This document shows positions 29,923 through 38,775 of a stretch of DNA of 64,000 nucleotides, piece after piece (the stretch's first letter is position 1; every line of letters starts with the position of its first letter). The stretch spans positions 135,242 through 199,241 of the forward strand of contig JAUVWW010000001.1 of the NCBI GenBank assembly GCA_030603885.1, read 5' to 3'. The DNA is from a bacterium. Lineage in GTDB: Bacteria > Patescibacteriota > JABMPQ01 > JAUVWW01. Under the pieces are notes generated by a model. That model ran no database searches. It was given only the letters and a program-made list of their open reading frames with translations, and had not been told where the DNA came from. Both the position numbers and the translations under genes were made by a program.

Positions 29923-30839
29923 CTGTAACTAACATTAAAGATCCGAATATCAGAATTAAAAAGGCTTTACCCAAATACTTTGAAATTCTTAAAACCAAAG
30001 CCAAGCCTCGTTTTAAATCAGCCAACCTTGATGCAAAAATTAAAGAAGCTTATAAAATTTTACAAAGCTGTGAACTTTGTGAAAGAAAATGCCATATCAA
30101 TAGGCTGAAAGGAGAAAAAGGCTGGTGCCAAGTTCAAGATCAAATGAAAATCGTATCAATCTTTCCTCACCTTGGGGAAGAATTTTTTCTTGTACCTTCT
30201 TTAACTATCTTTTTCTGGTCTTGCACTTTTTCCTGCCAATTTTGTCAAAACTGGACTATTTCTCAAAGAGTAGACAAGGGAGAAATTTTTAAAGAAGAAA
30301 GGTTAGCTAAAGTAATTGATTCTTTTAGTGATACCTGTAAAAATGTAAACTTTGTGGGAGGGGATCCGACACCATATCTTCCTTTTATTTTAAAAACTTT
30401 AAAATTAGTCAAATCAGATATCCCTGTAATCTGGAACAGCAATTTTTATATGTCTGAAAAATCTATGGAGCTTCTTAAAGGTATAGTAGATGTTTATCTA
30501 AGTGACTTTAAATATTTTTCCGATAAATGTGCAGAAAGGTTATCTTTAGTAAAAAACTATTCTAAAGTAGTTAGTCGAAATCATGAGTTGGCTTTCAAAG
30601 ATGCAGAATTAGTGATAAGACATTTAGTTTTACCTAATCATTTTGAATGTTGCACCAAGCCAATTCTTAAGTATATAGCTAAAAATTTTAAAGATAGGGT
30701 AGTAGTCAACATTATGGATCAGTACCGGCCGGAATATAATGCTTGTAAATTTAAAGATATCAACCGTACTTTAACTTGTGGTGAGTTTGAGAAAGTAGAA
30801 AATTTAACTAAGAAGTTAAATTTAAATTATATAACCTAA
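29901..30839 (+). CDS. radical SAM enzyme, PFL-activase / AmmeMemoRadiSam (amrS)-like paralog
   Basis: CxxxCxxCQNW (SCTFSCQFCQNW) radical SAM motif plus N-terminal CELCERKC..GWCQV auxiliary Cys motif; both also occur in the 56429..57439 radical SAM. Confidence 0.6.
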   Translation: MDLTKKMTVTNIKDPNIRIKKALPKYFEILKTKAKPRFKSANLDAKIKEAYKILQSCELCERKCHINRLKGEKGWCQVQDQMKIVSIFPHLGEEFFLVPSLTIFFWSCTFSCQFCQNWTISQRVDKGEIFKEERLAKVIDSFSDTCKNVNFVGGDPTPYLPFILKTLKLVKSDIPVIWNSNFYMSEKSMELLKGIVDVYLSDFKYFSDKCAERLSLVKNYSKVVSRNHELAFKDAELVIRHLVLPNHFECCTKPILKYIAKNFKDRVVVNIMDQYRPEYNACKFKDINRTLTCGEFEKVENLTKKLNLNYIT

Positions 30840-30843
30840 AAAC

Positions 30844-31389
30844 ATGAAAATACTAATTTCCATTCTCAATTGGATCAAAGGTCCGGGCATAAAACCCCTT
30901 TCTATCTTAATTGTAGGTATTGTTGTTTACTTTTTGTTTAAAAATATAGTCTCAAGAGCTATGGAAGCTTTAATTATGAGGCAAGAGAGGAGAAAAGGGA
31001 GAACCCAAAAAGAGCAAGAACTTCGAGCCAAGACTTTATCTCGGGTGATCTCATGGGCAGTTTCTATCATCATGTCAGTAATAATCATATTTATGTTTCT
31101 CCAAAGCCTAGGAATAAATATTTCCGCTCTTCTAGCTGGAGCTGGGGTGGTTGGTTTAGCTATTGGCTTAGGAGTAAGATCCTTGATTACTGACTATATA
31201 AATGGCTTTTTTATTTTAGTTGAAGATCAATTCTCTATTGGGGATACTATTAATGTAGGCAATGTCTCTGGCAAGGTAAAAGACTTTAATCTTCGTAGAA
31301 CTGTGGTGGAAGATGAAAAAGGAGCTATTTACACTATTCCTAATGGACAAGTAAAAATTGTCTCTAATCTCAGCCGAAAAGAAAAATGA
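30844..31389 (+). CDS. MscS-like mechanosensitive channel family protein (short)
   Basis: TM helices followed by a beta-rich domain pattern (GDTINVGNVSGKVKDFNLRRTVVEDEKGAIYTIPNG) typical of small MscS. Confidence 0.45.
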   Translation: MKILISILNWIKGPGIKPLSILIVGIVVYFLFKNIVSRAMEALIMRQERRKGRTQKEQELRAKTLSRVISWAVSIIMSVIIIFMFLQSLGINISALLAGAGVVGLAIGLGVRSLITDYINGFFILVEDQFSIGDTINVGNVSGKVKDFNLRRTVVEDEKGAIYTIPNGQVKIVSNLSRKEK

Positions 31390-31904
31390 TCTATCTTCTA
31401 CCTATAGGAAAAATTAGTCAAACTTTTTTTAACAAACTAGGAAAAGACTTAAAAAATAGATTTGATAAAGATTGTCAAATATTAGAACCTCTAGATCTTC
31501 CTGGCTATGTTTACACTCTAGACCGAGAACAATATCAGGCAGGGAAGATTCTAGACCGAATCTCAGAACTTGAGTTACCCATAGGATGCAAGGTTTTAGG
31601 AATTTGTGATGTTGATCTCTATTCTTCTGGTCTAAACTTTGTTTTTGGCCAAGCAGAGATGGGGGATAGAGATTGTGTAGTATCTTTGTTCAGACTCAAT
31701 CCAAAATTTTACGGACAAAAGTTTAATGAACAAATATTTTATTCAAGAATTCTAAAAGAAGCAGTTCATGAGCTAGGTCATACCTTTAGACTCCATCATT
31801 GTCCAGACGCTAAGTGCGTTATGCATTTTTCCAATTCTTTAGAAGATACGGATTATAAAGAGAATGAGTTTTGTGAGAAGTGTAAAGGTAAATTAAATTT
31901 ATGA
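31386..31904 (+). CDS. archaemetzincin (peptidase M54) family zinc protease
   Basis: HELGHTFRLHHC...C motif (HExxHxxGxxHC plus second Cys zinc site). Confidence 0.7.
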   Translation: MIYLLPIGKISQTFFNKLGKDLKNRFDKDCQILEPLDLPGYVYTLDREQYQAGKILDRISELELPIGCKVLGICDVDLYSSGLNFVFGQAEMGDRDCVVSLFRLNPKFYGQKFNEQIFYSRILKEAVHELGHTFRLHHCPDAKCVMHFSNSLEDTDYKENEFCEKCKGKLNL

Positions 31905-32188
31905 AGCCAAAAAAGAAAAATAGATATGCAAAGGAAAAATTTCTTTCTAAAAGGCAGCTTGAAGAAATAGAAAAACCTAGCAGGTGGCCAAAGAAAAAGA
32001 GAGGACCAGAGACAGAAAGTTATATTAAGCGGAGGAAAAAACTTTAATCACATGTATAATTTTAATCTATTAGTCTCTTTCGGCTGGGGTTTATTTGGCC
32101 GAGCCAAAAGAGAAATTAAAGAAAGTTTTAAAATAAATTAGATATATGTCTTACAAAGTTTTAGCTTGTGTCTAGATAATATTAATTT

Positions 32189-33607
32189 ATGATTGAAAGA
32201 AAAATTACAATCGATCCAAAAAGTGAAATTTTCCGTTGGGGTCCAGTTCCTGGAAAATTTATTTATACGAGCCATTTTGTTGTAGTTAATTTTCGATACT
32301 TTTGTAAAAAATGGGGAGGTCAATGGCCAAAAACTTTATTTTTATTTAAAAACAATAGGATGGTTTGGATTAATGAATATCCTTCCTTACGTTCTATGGG
32401 AAGGCAAGTCTTTAAAAATTGGATGCTTCCAGTTAAAAAAAGAAAACGAGTTTGGACTGACTGGCAAAAAGCTTTAAGGGAATTAATCTCACTTGAAAAA
32501 GATATCGATATTCTAAATCTAAAGAAGTTAAACAATCAAGAACTTTTAAAACTCTGGCAAGAGATAACCCAAAAATATATTAATTTTTGGGTTCCTTCAA
32601 CTGTACCTGAGTTAGGAAATTATGGCGCTGATTTTTGGTTAAAGGAACGCCTTAAAATATATATAAAAAGTGAGCAAGAGTTGCTAGATGCTTTAGAAAT
32701 TCTTACCGCTCTAACTAAACCCTCATTTTACCAAGAAGAAATAATAGATCTTTGTCGAGCAAAATCTTTAGAAGAGCATCAAAAGAAATATTTTTGGCTT
32801 AGAAATAGCTATGCTGGGGTTAAGACTTTATCCTTAGATTACTTTAGGAAAAGAAGGAAACAAATAAAGAATCCAAAAAGAGAAATAAAAAGAATTAAAA
32901 GAAATTTAGCATTGGCTAAGTTACGAAAAAGCAGATTAGCCAAGCGTTTAAAACTAGATCAACTAACTATAAAAATAGCCTGGAGTATAAGTGAAGGAAT
33001 GGTCTGGCAAGACCAAAGAAAAAAATACATCTTTATTACTATTTATTATCTTCACCAAATCTTGAAAGAAATAGGAAAACGCTTTCGCTATGCGTCTTAC
33101 GATTTAGAATATCTTTGGCCAAAAGAGATAGAAGAAATTATAAAAGGAAAAAATTTCAAAAAAATAATAAAGCAAAGAAAAAAAGGATTTGGAGTACATT
33201 TCTATAAATCAGTAAGAAATTTAAATCCAAAGGAAGTAAAAAAGTATTGGAAATCATTTCAAGAAAAACCCATCTTTAAAAAGATTAAGGTAATTCAAGG
33301 TCTACCAGTAAGCAAAGGCATAGCAAAAGGAAAAATTAGGATCCTAATGGATCCCTTTAAGATTTCTAAATTTAAAAAAGGAGAAATTCTAGTAGCTCCC
33401 ATGACTTCTCCAGAGTATATTTTTGTTATGCAAAAAGCCAAGGCAGTAATAACTGATGCCGGTGGTCTAACTTGCCATGCTGCCATTGTCTCCAGAGAAC
33501 TAAAAATTCCTTGTGTTGTTGGTACTAAAATCGCAACCAAAGTTTTGAAAGACGGAGATAAAGTAAAAGTAGACGCAAATAAAGGAATAATTAGAAAAAT
33601 AAAATGA
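32189..33607 (+). CDS. PEP-utilising-enzyme mobile (phosphohistidine swivel) domain protein, array paralog 1; divergent N-terminal domain
   Basis: C-terminal DAGGLTCHAAIVSRELKIPCVVGTKIATKVLKDGDKVKVDANKGIIRKI matches the PEP-utilisers His-domain signature (GG.TsHAAI.aRElGIP); N-domain carries the family motifs K.YFW..N.Y and W.D.RK...KEIGKRF. Confidence 0.75.
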   Translation: MIERKITIDPKSEIFRWGPVPGKFIYTSHFVVVNFRYFCKKWGGQWPKTLFLFKNNRMVWINEYPSLRSMGRQVFKNWMLPVKKRKRVWTDWQKALRELISLEKDIDILNLKKLNNQELLKLWQEITQKYINFWVPSTVPELGNYGADFWLKERLKIYIKSEQELLDALEILTALTKPSFYQEEIIDLCRAKSLEEHQKKYFWLRNSYAGVKTLSLDYFRKRRKQIKNPKREIKRIKRNLALAKLRKSRLAKRLKLDQLTIKIAWSISEGMVWQDQRKKYIFITIYYLHQILKEIGKRFRYASYDLEYLWPKEIEEIIKGKNFKKIIKQRKKGFGVHFYKSVRNLNPKEVKKYWKSFQEKPIFKKIKVIQGLPVSKGIAKGKIRILMDPFKISKFKKGEILVAPMTSPEYIFVMQKAKAVITDAGGLTCHAAIVSRELKIPCVVGTKIATKVLKDGDKVKVDANKGIIRKIK

Positions 33608-33611
33608 AATA

Positions 33612-35078
33612 ATGAAAATTAATTTTAGAAAAATTTTCTCAAGAAGACTTTATCGACAAGGTGGTGCTTGTATACCCTTTTTTATTGCTACACCATATTG
33701 TGGTGCTTTTACTAGAACTAAGGGCGGTTTTTTCTACAATAAAGGTGAACTAAATTATGGATATTTCTTTAAAGACAACGAGAAAAGAATTGCTAGTAGA
33801 GCATTAGCTAGGCAAGAAAAGGATAAAAATTATGTCAAAAAGCTTTTTAGAAAATGGAAAGATGTAGCAGATAAACAATTAAGCTTTGGTGATAAGATTA
33901 ATAAACTAGATTTTGCTAAACTTTCTTGGAAAGAACTAGTCAAATTACATCAGAAATTTGATAACTATTATTTTAGATTTTGGTATCATGCTGTGATTAT
34001 TGAAGCTTACGATCCTTGGGGTAATGAACTATTAAATGAGAAGATTCAAAAATACTATGGGAAAGCCTTACCCTTTGAAGTAGTAAAGACTATGACTGCC
34101 CCTTCGGAGATTTCTTATCTAAATCAAGAATATTTAGAACTATTTAATCTTGCAAAAATTGCTTTTAAAAACAAAATAGATTTAACAAAACCCAAAGAAT
34201 TTCTAAATTTTTATAAGAAGCTTGGAAAACACAAAGATAAATATTATTGGACAAATAATGGCTGGGTCAAAGTTTATAGATTGAATGAAATTTATTTCTT
34301 AAAAAGAATAAAGGCAATAATAAGAAATTTTTCCCAAGCCAGAAAAAAGGCTAAAAAGATAATTTTTGAACAAAAATACATCAAAAACAGAAAGAAAAAT
34401 TATTTAAGGAAATATCGATTTAGTAAAGAATTAATAAATATATTTTATTACTTTGAATTTTTGAATTTCTGGCGAGATTTTCGGAAGACATACGGATGCA
34501 AATATCACGATGTTTTGTACAGATTTCTTAAAGAATATTCTCGAAGAACTAATATTTCCATAAATTATTTAAAATCTTTAACTGCTCTGGAGATAGGCAA
34601 AATTAAAAATTATACAAAGAAGGATATTAAAAAATTGAAAGAAAGATGGGAATGTTGTTTTATGCTCTATCGGAGGCCAAAGAATTATTTATGGTTTATA
34701 GGAAAGGAGGCTGAAAAGTTGATTAAACTTTTAGATAAGTATTTTATTGGAGGGAAAAGAGAAATTAGAGGAAGCATTGGAAATAAAGGAAAAATTAAAG
34801 GAATGGTTAGACTTATTAAAACGATTAGTGATTTTAAAAAGATGAAAAAAGGTGATATTTTAGTTTCGGTGGCAACGAGAACAGAATATGCTCCGATTAT
34901 GAATAAAGCTAAGGCTATAATCACAGACGAAGGAGGAATAACCTGCCATGCAGCAATTGTTTCTCGGGAACTTAGTATCCCCTGCATTGTAGGGACTCAA
35001 ATTGCCACCAAAGTTTTAAAAGATGGAGACAAAGTAGAGGTAGACGCAAATAAAGGAATAATTAAAAAAATAAGATGA
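33612..35078 (+). CDS. PEP-utilising-enzyme swivel-domain protein, array paralog 2
   Basis: C-terminal DEGGITCHAAIVSRELSIPCIVGT...VDANKGIIKKI; divergent N-domain with YYW.NNGW motif. Confidence 0.75.
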   Translation: MKINFRKIFSRRLYRQGGACIPFFIATPYCGAFTRTKGGFFYNKGELNYGYFFKDNEKRIASRALARQEKDKNYVKKLFRKWKDVADKQLSFGDKINKLDFAKLSWKELVKLHQKFDNYYFRFWYHAVIIEAYDPWGNELLNEKIQKYYGKALPFEVVKTMTAPSEISYLNQEYLELFNLAKIAFKNKIDLTKPKEFLNFYKKLGKHKDKYYWTNNGWVKVYRLNEIYFLKRIKAIIRNFSQARKKAKKIIFEQKYIKNRKKNYLRKYRFSKELINIFYYFEFLNFWRDFRKTYGCKYHDVLYRFLKEYSRRTNISINYLKSLTALEIGKIKNYTKKDIKKLKERWECCFMLYRRPKNYLWFIGKEAEKLIKLLDKYFIGGKREIRGSIGNKGKIKGMVRLIKTISDFKKMKKGDILVSVATRTEYAPIMNKAKAIITDEGGITCHAAIVSRELSIPCIVGTQIATKVLKDGDKVEVDANKGIIKKIR

Positions 35079-36565
35079 AAATTATTGAAAACAATCTCAA
35101 TAAGAAATGGTATGATGAGTTTGCCGAAGCATCACCTATATTCGCTAGTTTACCAGCACACGCCATAGGAGATAAAATAATTTCTTTAAAACATCAATAT
35201 AAATGTGTACTTAATTTTTATTTCCAAAATAAAACACATTGGCTGACCTTGATTGAGGATCAAGATTTAATATCTGAAGAAATTTTAAATAACTATTTAA
35301 AAAATCGGAAATATTATAGACCTTGGTTTTTGAAATGGAAGAAAAAAACTAAAAGATTTAATTCCTTATTTAAAAAGATCAAAAAAACTGATTTATCTTT
35401 ATTATCCGAGAAAAAGTTATTGAGATTGCATCAAAAAGTTTGGAAAAGTCTAATAAAAACAAGGAAGATTGATATGCTTATAGACCCTTTTATTTTTGGT
35501 TCTGAAAGGAGAATGATTAAAGAGCTGAATAAATTTTGCACTTCTCATAATATTAGAAATGTGGGTCGTTTATATACGCTCTTAACCTCGCCAGAAAAAG
35601 AATCACTCATCAATAAATTTGAACTAAGTTTAATTAAATTAACTAAACGAATTAGAAAAAAGAAAATACCTAGATATTTACCGGATGAACCATCACAACT
35701 TTCTAAACTGCCCGCCATCAAAAACCATCTGGATAAATATTGTTGGATTAAAGGCAATTGGGGTAGAAGTAATGAATACACAGTCAGTATTCTTATTAAC
35801 GAAATAAAAGAATTATTGTCAAAAAATTTATCTCAACTTGAGCAACAGAAGAAAAAAATATTTTCTTTAAATAAAGAAAAAAGAAAGAAAATACTTAAGA
35901 AATTTAAATTTAATAAAATTATTAAAGCACTTTCGGATTTAACTGTCTTTTTCTCTTTTTGGCATGATTTAAGAAAAGAAAATGCCTTAAAATATATTTA
36001 TTATGAATCCTTATTTTTAAAAGAATTTTCTAAAAGATTTAAATTAAATTTTCAAGATTTGCATTTATTTGACATATCAGAAATTGAAAAAATATTAAAA
36101 AATAGAAAAAAATTTAATTTTGAAATCAAAAGAAGAAAAAAATTATTTTTAACAGTCCATGCTAACAATAGAATATATCTTTTATTTGGCTCACAAGTTA
36201 AAAAATATTTAGACAAAATTTTAGGCTTTGAAACAAAGAAAATTGATACTATAAAAGGTGTTAGTGCATTCAAGGGTAAAGTCAAAGGTAAGGTAAAGAT
36301 AATACATGAATATAAAGATTTTTATAAATTTAAAAAGGGAGATATTTTAGTAACGGGTATGACCAGACCAGAATTTATAGCAATTGCAAAAAAGGCTAAA
36401 GCTATTATTACTAATGAAGGAGGTATCACCTGCCATGCTGCCATTATAAGTAGAGAATTAGAGATTCCTTGTGTGGTAGCAACTAGAGTAGCAACTAAGA
36501 TACTAAAAGATGGAGATAGGGTAGAGGTGGATGCAAATAAAGGAATAATTAGAAAAATAAGATGA
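35075..36565 (+). CDS. PEP-utilising-enzyme swivel-domain protein, array paralog 3
   Basis: C-terminal NEGGITCHAAIISRELEIPCVVAT...VDANKGIIRKI; start overlaps upstream stop. Confidence 0.75.
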   Translation: MKIIENNLNKKWYDEFAEASPIFASLPAHAIGDKIISLKHQYKCVLNFYFQNKTHWLTLIEDQDLISEEILNNYLKNRKYYRPWFLKWKKKTKRFNSLFKKIKKTDLSLLSEKKLLRLHQKVWKSLIKTRKIDMLIDPFIFGSERRMIKELNKFCTSHNIRNVGRLYTLLTSPEKESLINKFELSLIKLTKRIRKKKIPRYLPDEPSQLSKLPAIKNHLDKYCWIKGNWGRSNEYTVSILINEIKELLSKNLSQLEQQKKKIFSLNKEKRKKILKKFKFNKIIKALSDLTVFFSFWHDLRKENALKYIYYESLFLKEFSKRFKLNFQDLHLFDISEIEKILKNRKKFNFEIKRRKKLFLTVHANNRIYLLFGSQVKKYLDKILGFETKKIDTIKGVSAFKGKVKGKVKIIHEYKDFYKFKKGDILVTGMTRPEFIAIAKKAKAIITNEGGITCHAAIISRELEIPCVVATRVATKILKDGDRVEVDANKGIIRKIR

Positions 36566-37203
36566 AACAAAAAAGAAAAACTCTCTATCTTTGGGATTTA
36601 GCTAATACTTTATTTCCCGAAGAATGGGATAAGGAAAAAACAGGCTTTGCTAATTATGATGAGTATGTTAAGTCTCTTAGTTATGATTTAGAGAAAATTT
36701 CTCCCTTAGAATATGAAAGATGCTACGAAAAGCCTTATAAAGAAGGACTCTTTAGATTAAAAATTGCCACTGGTTTCCGTAAGGTTCTCTCTTGGACAAA
36801 AAATAACGAGGCTTTTACTACTGGGGTAAAAGAGCAAATAGATTGGCGGGCAGAGTATCTTTTGAAAAAATACAGCTTTGATATAAGAAAATATCTTAAA
36901 AAAATCCATTCTACTTTTGACTTTGCTCCAACAAACAAAAAAACTAGAGAAATGATTATTTCTTTAGTTAAGAAAAAACTTCAGGAAGGATTTAACGAGA
37001 TTGTTTATACTGATGATAAGTTAGAAAATTGTTTATTTTTTCTCGAAGCAGTCAGGAAAACAAAAGAAAGGGTGGGAAATTTCCAACTTCGAATTTATAA
37101 TATTAAAAATGACGATAGAGGAATAAGAAATAAAGGAACCTATTGGGAAGCAGGAAATTTATACGATATAATGAGTAATGAAAAAAAAGAAAGAAAATCA
37201 TGA
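36562..37203 (+). CDS. array-embedded accessory protein, weak HAD-like N-terminal motif
   Basis: LYLWDLANTLF resembles HAD motif I (hhhhDxDxTL) but the second Asp is Ala; translationally coupled at both ends (ATGA overlaps). Confidence 0.3.
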   Translation: MKQKRKTLYLWDLANTLFPEEWDKEKTGFANYDEYVKSLSYDLEKISPLEYERCYEKPYKEGLFRLKIATGFRKVLSWTKNNEAFTTGVKEQIDWRAEYLLKKYSFDIRKYLKKIHSTFDFAPTNKKTREMIISLVKKKLQEGFNEIVYTDDKLENCLFFLEAVRKTKERVGNFQLRIYNIKNDDRGIRNKGTYWEAGNLYDIMSNEKKERKS

Positions 37204-38774
37204 AATATCAAAAGGGACTAATACAAAAAAATCTAAGAATACTTCAAGAAAAAGAATGGTATCATCAACGCTTTGATGGTTGCCCTCAGTTTATTTTACT
37301 TATTTCCGAAGCTGAGATGAGACCAGAAAGAAGAAAGTTAAAAGGCGGAAACTTCACTAGCCATATTGTATTTTTTAAGAATGATAGAGTGGATTGGTAT
37401 ATTGACCAAGAAGACATAAAAAGAATTACTAACCTGGTAATTAAAGCTAGTTTAAAAAACCAAAAAATTAGCAAGGATTTAATTAAAAAATGGAAAAGGG
37501 ACGAAAAGATCTTTTATGATTACTGCAGGAGATTGAAGAATATAAATCTAGATATGTTATCTAATGAAAGGTTAAAACATTTATATCATGATTTTGTTGA
37601 AGTCTATTGTAAAACTGTAACAAACAGTTCTGTTATTGATGGATTTGCTTTAGGAACAGATCGGATTATTCAAGAAAAAATAACAAATTTTTTAAAGAGT
37701 AAAAGACTACAAAAATATCAGTATCGCTATTTTACCAGGCTTACTGCTCCTACTAGTCAGTCCTTTATTAATGAAGCGGAAATTTCTCTCCTAAAGGTTG
37801 TTCAGTTAATAAATAGGACTAAAGCTATAAAAAGATTAGTATTACGAGAGAAAAGTATAGATCAGATTTTAAAAGAGTTAAAACAATTTAAGAGAATATA
37901 CCAAGCATTAAAACAACATCAAAAGAGCTATTTCTGGAGTAAAAATAATTACGTGGACGATAATGTGCTTGATCTAAACCATTTTACAAAGGAAATAAAA
38001 GGGATACTTAGAGGAAAGGTTAATATCACAAAAGAAATAAATCGGATCTCAAGCACGCCCATTAAAAATAAGATATCAAAAGATAAATTAATTAAAAGAT
38101 TAAAACCACCAAGAATAATTAGAAATCTAATAACCATTTCAGGTAATTTTACAGATTGGCAAGACGAAAGAAAGAGAAAGACTTATTGGTTAACCCATTG
38201 CTTAAGTCTTATTATTAACGAGATTGCTAAGAGATTCGACTATTCTCTACATGGAATAAAGTATTTAGTTCCGCCAGAGGTAGAAAATCTATTTACAAAA
38301 AAGAGGAAAATTACTCTAGCAGAAACTAGGGCAAGAATTAGAAAATCGCTTTTTTATCAAAAAGGGCAAAATTATGAGATATTGTCTGGAAATAAAGCTG
38401 AGAAACTAAGAAAGGTAATTTTACGGAAAAAGAGAGAGGAGGTTATTCATGACTTTCGAGGTCTTCCAGCTTGCCGAGGAAAAGTAAGAGGTAAGGTCAA
38501 GATAATTAAAAGTGCTAGAGAAGCTGGAAAAGTAGAGAAAGGTAATATCTTGGTGGCTGTGATGACACGTCCAGACTATATAGTAGGAATTAAAAAGGCA
38601 GCTGCCATAGTAACTGATGAAGGTGGAGTTACTTGTCATGCAGCTATAGTAAGTCGAGAACTTAGTATCCCTTGTGTGATAGGTACTAAAATCGCTACCA
38701 AAGTCTTAAAAGATGGAGATTACATAGATGTCAATGCTAGTCACGGAATAATAACTATTATAAAAAGAAAATAA
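37200..38774 (+). CDS. PEP-utilising-enzyme swivel-domain protein, array paralog 4
   Basis: C-terminal DEGGVTCHAAIVSRELSIPCVIGTKIATKVLKDGD; N-domain motifs YFWSKNNY and WQDERK...NEIAKRF. Confidence 0.75.
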   Translation: MKYQKGLIQKNLRILQEKEWYHQRFDGCPQFILLISEAEMRPERRKLKGGNFTSHIVFFKNDRVDWYIDQEDIKRITNLVIKASLKNQKISKDLIKKWKRDEKIFYDYCRRLKNINLDMLSNERLKHLYHDFVEVYCKTVTNSSVIDGFALGTDRIIQEKITNFLKSKRLQKYQYRYFTRLTAPTSQSFINEAEISLLKVVQLINRTKAIKRLVLREKSIDQILKELKQFKRIYQALKQHQKSYFWSKNNYVDDNVLDLNHFTKEIKGILRGKVNITKEINRISSTPIKNKISKDKLIKRLKPPRIIRNLITISGNFTDWQDERKRKTYWLTHCLSLIINEIAKRFDYSLHGIKYLVPPEVENLFTKKRKITLAETRARIRKSLFYQKGQNYEILSGNKAEKLRKVILRKKREEVIHDFRGLPACRGKVRGKVKIIKSAREAGKVEKGNILVAVMTRPDYIVGIKKAAAIVTDEGGVTCHAAIVSRELSIPCVIGTKIATKVLKDGDYIDVNASHGIITIIKRK

Positions 38775-38775
38775 T

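Noticed and set aside
33295-33540. Minus-strand ORFs with a recurring AAWQVIPPS-like peptide at 33295..33540, 34685..34987, 36322..36570 and 41479..41691
   Set aside because: They are antisense shadows of the conserved swivel-domain coding sequence (reverse complement of GGITCHAAIVSREL...), recurring only because the sense-strand domain is repeated eight times. They are not independent genes.
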